A stretch of DNA of 63,848 bases, the filler included, from Stramenopiles sp. TOSAG23-3 (taxonomy: Eukaryota), in the NCBI GenBank assembly GCA_900128585.1. It is 8 parts of 8 records of this genome, joined end to end, with 100 filler letters (N's around TTAATTAATTAA, not from the genome) between each part and the next. Parts side by side here need not be neighbours in the genome. Positions count along the whole stretch, not along the records: positions 20,236 to 30,250 come from LT642858.1; positions 30,351 to 40,352 come from LT642859.1; 6 more parts are not named here. One strand, given 5' to 3'. This document shows positions 21,222 to 32,676 of the stretch, piece by piece (position 1 is the stretch's first letter; each line of letters begins with the position of its first letter). The position numbers and the translations under genes were made by a program. The notes below the pieces were generated by a model. That model worked only from the letters and a program-made list of their open reading frames with translations. It ran no database searches and had not been told where the DNA came from.

Positions 21222-22364
21222 ATGTCTGGTATAGCTAGTAATAACGCAAAGGGTGCCGAGCACGACGCGTTGAACCAACCCACGGGCCCGGCGGGCTTGC
21301 TGGAGTACCCCGACTCGCCCACGAAGGAGTCTGTGCGGTGGACACCCGAAGAAGACGAGATGCTGAGGGCAGCCGTTGCATTGTACAAGGGAAAGAACTG
21401 GAAGAAAATTTCCGACTGCTTTGGGACGAAAAAGACCGAGGTCCAGTGCCTTCAGCACTGGCGGAACGTCCTGAACCCGTGCGTCGTGAAAGGGAAGGGC
21501 TCGTGGACCCCGGAGGAGGATCACAAGCTGCAAATGCTTGTGCAAAAGTATGGGAAGACAAAGTGGTCCTACATTGGAAAATTTTTGCCCGGTCGGATTG
21601 GAAAGCAGTGCCGTGAGCGATGGCACAACCACTTGAACCCAGACTTGACGAAGAAGCAGTGGACGCAGGAGGAGGAAACACTTATTATAGAACAGCGCGC
21701 GAAGCTTGGAAACCGTTGGGCGAAAATCGCGCGAATGCTGCCAGGACGGAGCGACAACGACGTCAAGAACAGGTGGTACGCCTCCCTCCGAAAGAAAGTA
21801 GAAGGGGGAGGCGGCGTAGACAAGAAAGGAAAAGACGGCGCACACAAAAAACAAAAGAAACAAAAAGGTCCGAAGAAAGGGAAAACGGGGGCGAAACGGA
21901 GCGGGAAAGGCGGGCTCGGAGCAGGGGGGAAGCGGAAGAAGAAAACGCCTGCCGGGTTGAAATTGAAGGCCGTCGACACGGGCGCGGCGCGGGAGAAGAA
22001 GTCTTCCCCCACGACCGTCCACGACACTCCAGAGGCGACGGACCACCACCTCCCACCGAGGAAACGATCCCGAATGATAAACGCGCAGCTGGTGTCTAAA
22101 ACGGGAACGTCCACCCCAGTGCGGCGGTCAAAGGTCTGGGACCGGCCAACCATCCCGGGACTAGAAGACAACGTGTTTTCGCCCCCAACTAGCAGCGCCC
22201 TCAAGGAAATGGAAGGTGTTGCGTTTTTGCTGGCTGGGCTAGGGGGAGAGAACATGGACCCTTTCTCCTCCCCACAGCTTAAAATTTCTTCCAAAAAAGA
22301 AATATTTCGAACTCAAATGAAACAGGAAATGCTAGAATACTCACCATCAGCGTCAACGTACTGA
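21222..22364 (+). CDS. R1R2R3 (3R) MYB transcription factor
   Basis: Three repeats: WTPEEDE..., GSWTPEED...GRIGKQCRERWHNHLNP, WTQEEE...GNRWAKIARMLPGRSDNDVKNRW. Confidence 0.95.
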   Translation: MSGIASNNAKGAEHDALNQPTGPAGLLEYPDSPTKESVRWTPEEDEMLRAAVALYKGKNWKKISDCFGTKKTEVQCLQHWRNVLNPCVVKGKGSWTPEEDHKLQMLVQKYGKTKWSYIGKFLPGRIGKQCRERWHNHLNPDLTKKQWTQEEETLIIEQRAKLGNRWAKIARMLPGRSDNDVKNRWYASLRKKVEGGGGVDKKGKDGAHKKQKKQKGPKKGKTGAKRSGKGGLGAGGKRKKKTPAGLKLKAVDTGAAREKKSSPTTVHDTPEATDHHLPPRKRSRMINAQLVSKTGTSTPVRRSKVWDRPTIPGLEDNVFSPPTSSALKEMEGVAFLLAGLGGENMDPFSSPQLKISSKKEIFRTQMKQEMLEYSPSASTY

Positions 22365-23584
22365 AGAAAGGAAATGATGAGGAGAGAAGGAAAGAGAGTA
22401 GTAAGAAAGAAAAAGGAAAAAAAAAAGAAGAAGAAGGAGGAGGACAGAAGAAGAAGGAAAGAAAGAAAGAAAGAGCAAATTAATTGCCTTCGCCTTCGCG
22501 CACTTTTATATATATTGTTATACTGTGTATATGTATTTAAATTATTTCCAATTTCTATCGTTTCATATTTTCCCTCCTTGATTGAAGCTGTAAGATGTCA
22601 TGTTTTAAGAGCGTTATTAGAGAGAGAGGCATGTTATATATATAGATACAGTAGTAAGAGCGCCTATTATTATTATAATTAAAATACACTGTAACTGTTT
22701 ATTATCAGTACAGCACAGCAGTACAAACAGCTCCTTCCTTTAAAATAATATAGACTCTTCCATACTGTTACTGGTCCTGTTACTGTATTATCTCCAATGT
22801 ATTACATTATTTTTTGTTTTTTTTACTCAAAAGCTAAAATGGCGACGAGACGACCACCGAACAACAAAAAAGATTTGAATGAAACCAAATAAGTCATAAT
22901 TAAGGATATATATATATATGTAATAATTACATATGCTATTTATATATATTAGAGGTATATTGTATCACTTTTTTAATTATATTTAATATTGAGAAAGGAT
23001 TTCATCTAAATTCCTATATACACAATGGTATAATACTTCCAAAAGATCTCATACCATTATCTCTATAAACACATATCCTTAATTGTAGATGGTTTCTCTT
23101 CTCTTTCCTCCTTTCCAGCCCAGCCCTCGTCTGTGTAATTAATTATTGTGATATTTTATAGGAATTATTAATTAATAGTCCGTCCTATCTCTTATTGTAT
23201 TAATTATAAATCACTCGCTGTCTTCTCTTGCTTCTTCTTAAACAGTATAGTAGTAACATTCTTCTTCATTTTTTTATTATATTTTTTTAAAGTTAGTAAT
23301 AATAATAATAATAATAATATAATAATATTATTATTTTTTTGATTTTCAATTTTTTATTATTACATATTTTTAATATAATATACTACACGATAAACATTAA
23401 TTATTTTTTTATCATTCATACATCATTTGCGTCAGAGATAAAATTGAATGCATTTCTTATCAAAGTACCATCCAACCGAACGACGAACGAACGACTGACG
23501 TTTTGGACCGTGTTATTGTTTGTTTCTTTTTGTTCAACCAACAGAGACGTCCTTCCCTCCCCCCCCCCCCTCCTTCCTTCGCCC

Positions 23585-26374
23585 ATGTCCAACAACGTGC
23601 GCCCGACGGGGAACCAGCTGGACGCCCTGTTGAACAAGTCCAAGGACTTGTTGTCAACCACAAGCGCGCCAAGACTGAAACGCGGGCTTGCTCAGATCGA
23701 GCTGGACTCGGAGAACTTTTATGGCCAGCAGATAAACAGTTCGACGAACAGGGACGAGGCGGCCCGGCGGAAGGGCCTGATCCTCCTGGCGCAGAAGAAG
23801 ATCGACACGGAGGCCCACGAGAAGGCCCATGAGCTCGTCGACCTGAAGAACAACACCGTGTCCATGGAAAGCTACGTCGCGGACACTGACATCGAGGGGC
23901 ACCTGAAGCAGTACCACGACACCGTAATCGTTCAGGCGCTGAGAGACAGCATGAAAACGACCAACGTCCAGTACGAGCGCCGCGTCAGCCGGAAGCTGGG
24001 GGAGGACTGGAAGGCGGCCCAGAACGAGCTGCTGTCCGCGCTCGGGCAGCGCCAAGGGACCCTGTCGAACGTTCCCACGAACCAGCACTTTCAGCAGTCG
24101 TACGGCGGCCAGCCGCAGCTCGGCGACCGGCCCTCCTCCCTGGGCGCGCACCGCGTGCCCACCACGCCGCAGCCGCAGCAGCAGCAGTCGATGGCCCTGC
24201 TCGGGGACGGGTTCTCCTCCAATCCGCCGCGCCTGTCCCCGCGCGAGGGCGCGTACTTCGAGGTCGTCAAGCGGATGAACCGGATGCGCGTCCCAGGGAA
24301 GAACCTTCGGTACCCGATATTCACCCAGCTCTTGGACGCGGAGCCGAACCACCTCGACAGCGAGGAGGACATCCAGCGCACGGAGTGCTGGGAGTTCCTG
24401 CAGTCGCTCGTGGGCGAGTCCGGGCACGCGACGAGCGTGCACGGGTACAACGGGCCGTCCCAGTCCGCGTACTTGACGAAGCGGAAGGACTGCCGGAACA
24501 AGCCGGAGGACCTGGTCTTCGTGACGCTGGACGAGGAGGGCGGCATGGGCCGGGTCCAGCAGAACTCGATAATCGAGAGAAACATTAGATACCTTGAGAA
24601 GTCCTGGCGGGCGGCGTGCCTGGACGACGATTCGGACGGGATCGTCCCCCAGGACAAAATAGTTACGTACCTGAACAGCCCAGGAAAGCGGGACCCCTGG
24701 GGCATGGTCTACTGCTACCTCCGCTGCGGGGACGTCACGTCCGCGATCGCGCTGATGGACAAGATCAAGCTCCACCAGGCGGACACGAACATCGACACGC
24801 GCTACTGCTCGGACGACGAGATGGGGGCCGTGGTGACCGCCCTCATGGTCTGGAAGGCCAAGCGGGAGGGGCGCGGCCCCGCCGTGCTCGAGGAGAAGCA
24901 CATGAAGCAGATCGAGGAGGGGATCAACCAGGCCCGGGACTACAAGAAGGCGGTGCTGATCTACATCTGCCAGATCAACGGCGGCGGCCGGCAGACCAAC
25001 ACGGGGACGATGCCGAAGCAGCTAAAGAGTATCGAGAAGGAGATGCACGTGGAGGACATCATGTGGCGCCACCTGTGCGTCATTTTTGCGGACAAGCGGA
25101 CGGTGTCGGAGTCCAGGGAGCCGTTCACGCTGGCGGATCTGGCCAACCTGATGACGAACCACTACGGCCCGGACCAGTTCCCGAACTACTTCATGGTCCT
25201 CCTGCTGTGCCTGAAGTTCGAGGATGCCCTGGCGCACCTGTACGTCATCGGGCGGCGGATGGACGCTATTCATTTCGCCATCGCCCTGGACCACTACGGG
25301 CTGCTGCGGCGGGTGAACGAGGGCTCCGCGCTCACCCGGAGGATCGCCAGCGGGGCGTACATCGATGAGCGGGAGAACTTTCAGCTGGGGCAGATGCTCT
25401 TCGACTACTTCGAGCCGCACTTCGGGTCCGAGCTCGGGGTCGAAATGGCGGCCGAGTACTTTGCGTTCCTCTCCCAGCCCTCGACGGGGACATCGGCGAG
25501 CATGCTGGGGACGGGGTCGATGTCGCACCTGAGCATGTCGTCCGGGCACGACGAGCGGAACCGCTTCATGTCCCACCTGCTCGTCAAGGTGCCGGAGCGG
25601 CTCTTGACAAAGATGCTGATCGGGGACATCTTCGACCGGCAAAACTCGTACCCCATGGAAGCGTACATCAGCGACAACGCCTCCGGGGGCGGGGTGGACC
25701 GGATCATGCGAATGGCCGCCCGCATTGCGGATGAACAGGGGGCGTGGAACCGGGCAATCGTGCTCCACATGCGCTGCAAGCAGTACAATCGGGCAGTGGA
25801 GCTGGTCAACAACCAGCTGGGCCAGTCCATCGTAGAGCGGAGCAGCTCGGAGGCGAAGAAGACACATTTGCGCCTGGCGGCCGACATCCTGCAGTGGCTG
25901 GCCGAATCCGGCACCAAAGAGAAAGTCGACGACCGCAAGCTTACCACCCTGCACCTGCTGCTCGACATGGAGGAATTTTTCCAGCTTGCGTACAACCAGA
26001 ACTACGACCAAGCGCTGCAGACGAACACGGCCGTCCTGTTCCCCATCAGCGGGGACGACGTCGAGCGCAGCGCCAAGCGCCAAAAGTTCAACCAGCTGGA
26101 AGAGCCGGTGACGAAGAACCTGGACGTCCTCTTGGTCTCGTACATGGGCTGCCTGGTCAAGTCCTACGAAGATGCCGTACAAAAGGTCCAAGGCGGTGGC
26201 GGGGGCTGGGGTACGACGACGACCAGGGCCTACAACGACAAGCGGGACGAGACCATGCGAAGGGCAAAGGCGCTCATGAACTTTGCAAACCACGAGCTTC
26301 CCCAACAATTTAGACTGAAGCGCGAGACGCACGAAGAGCTGACCAATTTAGACATGAGGATTCAGTACGGTTGA
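23585..26374 (+). CDS. NUP93: Nucleoporin Nup93/Nic96
   Basis: PRLKRGLAQIE, DTDIEGHLK, WGMVYCYLRCGD, YFMVLLLCLKFEDA, DAIHFAIALDHYGLL. Confidence 0.9.
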   Translation: MSNNVRPTGNQLDALLNKSKDLLSTTSAPRLKRGLAQIELDSENFYGQQINSSTNRDEAARRKGLILLAQKKIDTEAHEKAHELVDLKNNTVSMESYVADTDIEGHLKQYHDTVIVQALRDSMKTTNVQYERRVSRKLGEDWKAAQNELLSALGQRQGTLSNVPTNQHFQQSYGGQPQLGDRPSSLGAHRVPTTPQPQQQQSMALLGDGFSSNPPRLSPREGAYFEVVKRMNRMRVPGKNLRYPIFTQLLDAEPNHLDSEEDIQRTECWEFLQSLVGESGHATSVHGYNGPSQSAYLTKRKDCRNKPEDLVFVTLDEEGGMGRVQQNSIIERNIRYLEKSWRAACLDDDSDGIVPQDKIVTYLNSPGKRDPWGMVYCYLRCGDVTSAIALMDKIKLHQADTNIDTRYCSDDEMGAVVTALMVWKAKREGRGPAVLEEKHMKQIEEGINQARDYKKAVLIYICQINGGGRQTNTGTMPKQLKSIEKEMHVEDIMWRHLCVIFADKRTVSESREPFTLADLANLMTNHYGPDQFPNYFMVLLLCLKFEDALAHLYVIGRRMDAIHFAIALDHYGLLRRVNEGSALTRRIASGAYIDERENFQLGQMLFDYFEPHFGSELGVEMAAEYFAFLSQPSTGTSASMLGTGSMSHLSMSSGHDERNRFMSHLLVKVPERLLTKMLIGDIFDRQNSYPMEAYISDNASGGGVDRIMRMAARIADEQGAWNRAIVLHMRCKQYNRAVELVNNQLGQSIVERSSSEAKKTHLRLAADILQWLAESGTKEKVDDRKLTTLHLLLDMEEFFQLAYNQNYDQALQTNTAVLFPISGDDVERSAKRQKFNQLEEPVTKNLDVLLVSYMGCLVKSYEDAVQKVQGGGGGWGTTTTRAYNDKRDETMRRAKALMNFANHELPQQFRLKRETHEELTNLDMRIQYG

Positions 26375-26520
26375 AAGGCCTGGTCTGCGTTGGTGAGAAA
26401 TTCATTTTATCATTACTCATAAAATGTGCTAAATAAATTCGTAGTATTATGATATAGTTGTTAATAATAATATGAGCCAATTTTTTGTTATTAGTATAAA
26501 TTACCGCCGGTTTTATTAAT

Positions 26521-26546
26521 AATAACAGCCAATTTTTTCTTGTTTT
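26521..26546 (-). repeat. Dispersed repeat family copy (reverse)
   Basis: aataacagccaattttttcttgtttt. Confidence 0.8.
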
Positions 26547-26725
26547 ATTAATTTGACCGTAGTGCACACACCGTCAATTTCCTATAATACCAGTACGGGT
26601 ACCTTACCCAACAGGTATAAAACCGTAAGCATACCGTTTTTAATTTTATTTTAACTACGAACATGGTTACTCCTAGAGATGAGAGGGCACGCTTTTTCTT
26701 AAATTAGAGCGTACCCGTTTTGAAC

Positions 26726-27964
26726 TCAAACATACCCGGTGAGTGCAAAGTTCCATGTCACGCCAACCACAATCCCGCCTGCAAACATCGCCGGAACCCC
26801 AATGAAAGACTGAATCATCCCAATAGCGCAACCAGATATTCCGTGGCCAGAGGTACATCCGGCTGCCATTCGTGCACCAAATATCATCAAGAACCCGCCA
26901 AGAATGGACGATGCAGGGGTAACACCGGGTGATTTGCCAAAGTCGCCGACCAAACTCTCCCAAAAAAAGGACCCGATGATTGCAAACCCACAGTATCCAA
27001 GCTGCCACCATTTTGCCACGCTCGGAGAAGCAAACGATGCGATGTACGGGAAGTTTTTGCGCACACTTTTTGCGAAAGGAATGGCCCAGACGCTGGAGCA
27101 TACTTGGTATGATGTCGCCGACCCCAGGAATGTCCCAATGACCAAAACTGCGGGAATTTGAAGAAGCCCAAGCAAAATTCCACAGGCAGACGACGGCAAC
27201 GCAGGGCAGAGTAACGGATTGAACGATGACGGGTCGCAGATATCGGATGCCAGCGCACTTTGCAGACGCTCCGGAAGGTCTTTTCTCCAATCAACCAGAA
27301 TCTCGAGGATAATCGCAAAAAGGATGCAGCCCACACCCAGGCTCGTGGCAAACAGGTGGTAAGGTTTGTTGATAAACTTATCAAAATACACAAATTTGGT
27401 AGGGCCCTGGGGGCCTCTACGGAGCCAATACACCTCTATCCGTTGCTGCAACAAGCCATATATTAACGCGCCCAGTAAGCCCCCAGCAACCGTCAGCCCG
27501 GAGTTTTCAACCCCCGACCCAACCTGGGACAGAACCATACCAGGGCACGCGCCAGCAATCGCCATGCCCATTCCTAAAACGAACGTCCCCGTGATAGTCC
27601 CAGTAAGCCAACCACGCGTGCGGGTCACGGACTCCCATGCTCTCCTGCAATCATCAAACTGTTTTGTGCAGGTACGCGACAGCACAGCAAGGCACAACGC
27701 TCCTGTGCCCATTGCTGCAAGAAACATTTTTAACATGATGAAGTTCGTAAAGATGAACTGTTTTCGAATGATCAACGGCTCAAACACGTGGCTTTTAGCA
27801 AACGTTGACCCAAACACAAGCCCCATGCACACGGTGGTGACTGTAATCTGTAAAATCTGGCATGTTGTACGCTTGGCCTCGGGTTCGCTGTCGTCTTTGG
27901 AAGAGTCCTTGACGACACTTTTTTCTGTGTATGATTCGTGTTTTTCCATCGTTCTTTGGCGCAT
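26726..27964 (-). CDS. YeeE/YedE (DUF395) sulfur/thiosulfate transporter family protein
   Basis: About 9 Gly-rich TM segments with both signature motifs, GMAIAGACPG and FGARMAAGCTSGHGISG. Confidence 0.92.
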   Translation of the reverse strand: MRQRTMEKHESYTEKSVVKDSSKDDSEPEAKRTTCQILQITVTTVCMGLVFGSTFAKSHVFEPLIIRKQFIFTNFIMLKMFLAAMGTGALCLAVLSRTCTKQFDDCRRAWESVTRTRGWLTGTITGTFVLGMGMAIAGACPGMVLSQVGSGVENSGLTVAGGLLGALIYGLLQQRIEVYWLRRGPQGPTKFVYFDKFINKPYHLFATSLGVGCILFAIILEILVDWRKDLPERLQSALASDICDPSSFNPLLCPALPSSACGILLGLLQIPAVLVIGTFLGSATSYQVCSSVWAIPFAKSVRKNFPYIASFASPSVAKWWQLGYCGFAIIGSFFWESLVGDFGKSPGVTPASSILGGFLMIFGARMAAGCTSGHGISGCAIGMIQSFIGVPAMFAGGIVVGVTWNFALTGYV

Positions 27965-28447
27965 ACCTGGTCCTGGGGATAGGGATAATATGCTTCTTTA
28001 AAGGTCAGAATTAGAATTAATGACCAATGTCTCCAAGGCGAAAGATATCTTTGGGATTATAAACGTAAACGGTCGTAACAACGGTTGGGTATAGTTTACG
28101 TGATTATATTGATCTAGTTTAAATTAGTCAAGGAGGTTCTTGGTTGTTCTTCTCTTCCTTTGTTTGTGTTTCTTTTATTTCGTTTCGTTTCGTTCTTCTT
28201 TTTTTTTTTTTTTTAAAGAGGGGAGGAGAGGATAGAGAAGAAGAAAAAGAAAGAAGAAGAAATTAATGATGATGGATGATGATGTGTATTACTTTTTGTC
28301 ATTTGCTACATGAACACAGCATTCCACCCACCCACCTGTCACCCGTCGTATGATTAAAAAAACATTTGGTCACAGCAGGTGGCACTCAGGATTCAGGTTC
28401 ATTTTTTTAATATGATCGAAATAAATTAAATCTTTCTTTCTTTCGAC

Positions 28448-28449
<2 letters not shown>

Positions 28450-28507
<58 letters not shown>

Positions 28508-28510
28508 TCC
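28450..28510. repeat. (TTTC)n microsatellite
   Basis: Read directly from the sequence. Confidence 0.9.
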
Positions 28511-28975
28511 CCTCCCTCCTGCCTCCTGTGATGATGCTCTGCTGCAAATGTACACTTGATGACAGCTGCCGTTTACTTCTTCGGTGTTGGTCTAAAAGCT
28601 GCCCCCTGGCTTTACAATTGTTTCATTCTATTTTTATGCTGTGTTATGTATAATGTTAATTATTTTTCAATAATGGGGCAAATGCATCATGAAATTATAT
28701 TATTTCTTTTTTTAAATACCCACAACACCATCACGAGGAGGGGGGTATAATATTATAACAAAAGATGATGATGATAGTAATAGTAGAAGAGAACAAGAGA
28801 ACAAAGGATGGACAATTAAATTACATCATGTCTTCTTTCCCACAGAATAAATGTATGAAACAATAAAGTTAAAATATACAGGTAAGAAACGGGAACAAGA
28901 ACAGAATCAATATACAAAGAGAATATTTACTGCAGAAGAATAGGAAATACAACAAAACGAATCAACAATTGCAAG

Positions 28976-30028
28976 ATGAGTTGCGAAGAAGAAGCATTTC
29001 CCAAATTAACGAAAGCGTCGATTGCCAGGGTAGAGAACCCCATCGTCGTTGATACTCGCAAAACGGAAGATAGGGCTAGCGCCACGGAAGCCAATGTTGT
29101 TCCTGGAAGCCTTAATATTCCGTATGATAAAGAAAGCGATGCATTTGATGTAGACCAGTTAGAAAATCTTGGGGTTGCGAAAGACGCCGCCGTACTCGTT
29201 CACTGCTACAGAGGTAATAGTGCGAAGTTGGTCTGCAAGCACCTGACCGCTGCAGGGTTTACCAACGTGTCGAACGGCGTGAACGCTGGCGCGATTCTAG
29301 CGGCCAGGGCACACGATAACAACGTTTTGATTCGTCAGTTTTTTGACCGTGAATCCTGCACATACACTTACCTACTAGTGGATAAAGCGACCCGTGATGC
29401 AGTCCTCATTGATCCAGTCATTGAGCTGGTGGACAGGGACATTGAGGCGCTTGAAAGTGTTGGCGCAAAGTTATTGTACGTTTTGAACACCCACGTCCAC
29501 GCAGACCATGTTACCGGGACCGGAGTGTTGAAACAAAAGTACGCAGAGAGGGATGTGGCAGTGAAAAGTGTAATATCCAAAGCCTCTGGTGCGCAGGCGG
29601 ATTTGCAATTGGAAGACGGGGACGTGATCTCGTTCGGGCACCAGACTCTCGTGTCGAAGAATACCCCAGGCCACACACCCGGGTGTGTGACGTACATGCT
29701 GAACAACAACACGCACGCCTTTTGTGGCGATACGTTGCTCATTCGCGGGTGCGGAAGGACAGACTTTCAAGGTGGCGATCCTGCCACGCTTTACGATAGC
29801 GTGTGGGTAAACCTGTTTTCGATGCCAGACTCTACCGTGCTGTACCCCGCCCACGACTACAACGGAAGGCTTTACACGACAGTAGGGGAAGAGAAAAAGT
29901 TCAACCCACGCCTTTCTAAATCAAAAGATGAATTCGTCGAGCTCATGCTGAAACGATTTGATGGGTCGAAGTATCCAAAGAAAATTGACGCGGCGCTGCC
30001 GGCCAATATGCAATGCGGCGTGTATTGA
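28976..30028 (+). CDS. ETHE1: Rhodanese-persulfide dioxygenase (ETHE1-type) fusion
   Basis: N-terminal rhodanese (VVDTR, VPGSLNIP, VHCYRGNSA, GFTNV). C-terminal PDO (RQFFDRESCTYTYLL, THVHADHVTG, TPGHTPGC, GDTLLIRGCGRTDFQGG, PAHDY, PANMQCG). Confidence 0.95.
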   Translation: MSCEEEAFPKLTKASIARVENPIVVDTRKTEDRASATEANVVPGSLNIPYDKESDAFDVDQLENLGVAKDAAVLVHCYRGNSAKLVCKHLTAAGFTNVSNGVNAGAILAARAHDNNVLIRQFFDRESCTYTYLLVDKATRDAVLIDPVIELVDRDIEALESVGAKLLYVLNTHVHADHVTGTGVLKQKYAERDVAVKSVISKASGAQADLQLEDGDVISFGHQTLVSKNTPGHTPGCVTYMLNNNTHAFCGDTLLIRGCGRTDFQGGDPATLYDSVWVNLFSMPDSTVLYPAHDYNGRLYTTVGEEKKFNPRLSKSKDEFVELMLKRFDGSKYPKKIDAALPANMQCGVY

Positions 30029-30175
30029 GTCTTTGAACAGTGTAAATATTTGAAAAGGAGGCGTAGGACCTCCCAGGCGCGGTCGTCGTCGTAGGCGCCT
30101 GTTCTTTAGGCCTCATCCGGTGTTCCACTCGTAGATGGTTCGTATTTAAAAAATTATATATCATAAGGAGATATT

Positions 30176-30219
30176 ACAAGAAAAATTTGGCTGTTATTTT
30201 TTATAGTAATTAAAATTAA
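30176..30219 (+). repeat. Dispersed repeat family copy (degenerate)
   Basis: acaagaaaaatttggctgttattttttatagtaattaaaattaa. Confidence 0.75.
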
Positions 30220-30250
30220 AGAAAAAAAGAAGGTGTCAGTTCAAGAACAA

Positions 30251-30350
30251 NNNNNNNNNNNNNNNNNNNNNNNNNNNNNNNNNNNNNNNNNNNNTTAATT
30301 AATTAANNNNNNNNNNNNNNNNNNNNNNNNNNNNNNNNNNNNNNNNNNNN
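30251..30350. other. Artificial contig linker
   Basis: N44-TTAATTAATTAA-N44. Confidence 0.99.
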
Positions 30351-30513
<163 letters not shown>

Positions 30514-32676
30514 TCACAAATAAAAAATCTTTTAATGAATTGATTTCTGTATATAACATTTGATCGTTCACGTTCCTACTGTTCAATCATCCTTTTTCAT
30601 CTCATTCATCATACATTCTCAATGTGTTCATTCCTCGTCGTTTGGTTTGTTTACTTATACTGTAGTAATAAGGTTAATAAAAGATGTTGTTTTTTTATTA
30701 TTATTATTTTTTTAGTATTTAGAAGAAGAGAGTTTTCTTGAGTAATTCTTCCCTCTTCTTCATTGTATTTCCCTTCTATTTACATTATTAAAAACTAAAA
30801 AAAAAAAAAGAATTATTTATCATCCTTCTGCTAGCTAGCTAGCTGGGTAGGTAATTGATTCATTTTTTGGATAATTTTCTATACTGTGTACCTGTTGATA
30901 CAAAAATTAAATTAACTGAAAACTGTAAAAAAGGGGGATTTTGAATACTAGACTATGTACCTGTTTTCTTTTCTATTTGTGAGTAGTAGTAGTAGTAGTA
31001 GTAATCTTGTGCGTGAAAGAAAGAAAGAAAGAATGAATAATGAATAATCCAAAAAAAAAGACATCTTGTTGTTTTACCTTGAATTATTTTAGTATCAAAG
31101 TAGTACTGAAATAGAATTGTTGTAGTGCCTTCTTTTATTTTTCTCAATTTAATAAAGAAGAAAAGAAGAAGATTCTCGAATATAAATATAAATCCCAATT
31201 GTATTGTAATCCCCTGATATAGTTTTTTCTCTTTGTTATTCAATGTACATCAACCTCTCCTCTGCTGTTTGATTTTTTTTTATGAAAGACACCTTTTAAG
31301 TTAAGGTTATATGTAATATAATACATCAAATAGAGGGTCAATTATAGAATATAAATAGTATTAATATATCGTAAATATATTATTGGAAACTATACTTAAA
31401 TATCAAAAAATTCTAAAAGGGTACTCACTCGTAGTCTGTGTGTGTGTGCATAGCATAGAAAAGAAGAGTTTCTTCTTCGTTTTCGAATTTCGAATTTCCA
31501 AAGAAGCGAAGCAAGTGCGGGTCTTGTCTTGTTACAAAAAGCCCTAACATCAACACAGCGAAGAACTTGGTTAAATTTTTCTTTTGCACCCAAAATTGAT
31601 TGTTTGTATTGTTAATAGGCAAAAACAAAATAAGTATAAATTCTAACAAGTACATAACATAAACCATTTGTATTGTATTGGTATCATGAATAGGGTTCAA
31701 TAAAATACAAGTACACTAAACTCCATCGCCCTTATCGTAATAAAATAAATCACAATCTATAGAAACCACACTCATATGAAAATAGTTATTAAAAGAATAG
31801 AAAAAGGGGAGTATGGTTCATTATAATATATATATTTATAATGTAGTATGAAGCACCACTCATTTTCAGATTTTACGTTGGTTAGATTTCAGATTTCTGA
31901 TTTCAGATCGAACCCATTCTTAATAAAATAAGTACATTAATACTATAGTCTTTCATAATCATCGTGCTTATATAATCTATAAATAATAGACCTAGCTATA
32001 ACCATATAACAACAACAACAAAAACAACAAAAACAACAAAAGAAAACAAAACAATAAAAAGATATTTTATTTTTAATATTAAAATTAAATAAAAAAAAGA
32101 ACGAACGAACGAACGAACGAAATCAATATTAAATAATAAAAATAGAATGTTTTTTTTTTGTTTGTAGAAAATTTTGTTCATTTTATTTATTTATAAATTC
32201 TTTTACTTACAGGTAAATAATAGCATATTGAATTTTGGTTAGATGGTGTCTTCTTTTTTTTTTTATTCTTTTTTTTTATTCTTTCTTTCTTTCTTTTTTT
32301 TCTTCGCGTTTTTTTTTTTTTATACTTCTTCTTACTTTTTACCTAAAAAAAGAAAGAAGGGATGATTAATATACAGTATTAATAAATAAATAAATAAAAT
32401 ATTACGTATAGAGTCGTCGTCATTTTTTTATTTTAATAGTCCTATTAACAGCTGAATAGTAAGGAAATTAAGAAAAAAAGAAAAAGATTTTTTATTTATT
32501 TTTTATTATTATTTTTTATTATTTTATTATTTATTTATTTATTATTACCAGTAGTATTATTATATAAAAAAATAATATTGAAGGAGAGAAGAAGAAGAAG
32601 GGGAAAAAGAAAAAAGAGTGTGCTTTTTCAGAACAAACACCCAAGTTAGGTATCTTTTTGTACATTAAACTTAACA

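Noticed and set aside
23654-26332. Long antisense ORFs (415 and 436 aa) over Nup93, and similar ones over AHI1 and TRAP1
   Set aside because: Shadow ORFs expected from high third-position GC; no recognisable motifs.
31470-31500. GAA/TTC repeats upstream of ubiquitin as a heat-shock element
   Set aside because: Spacing does not fit nGAAnnTTCn.
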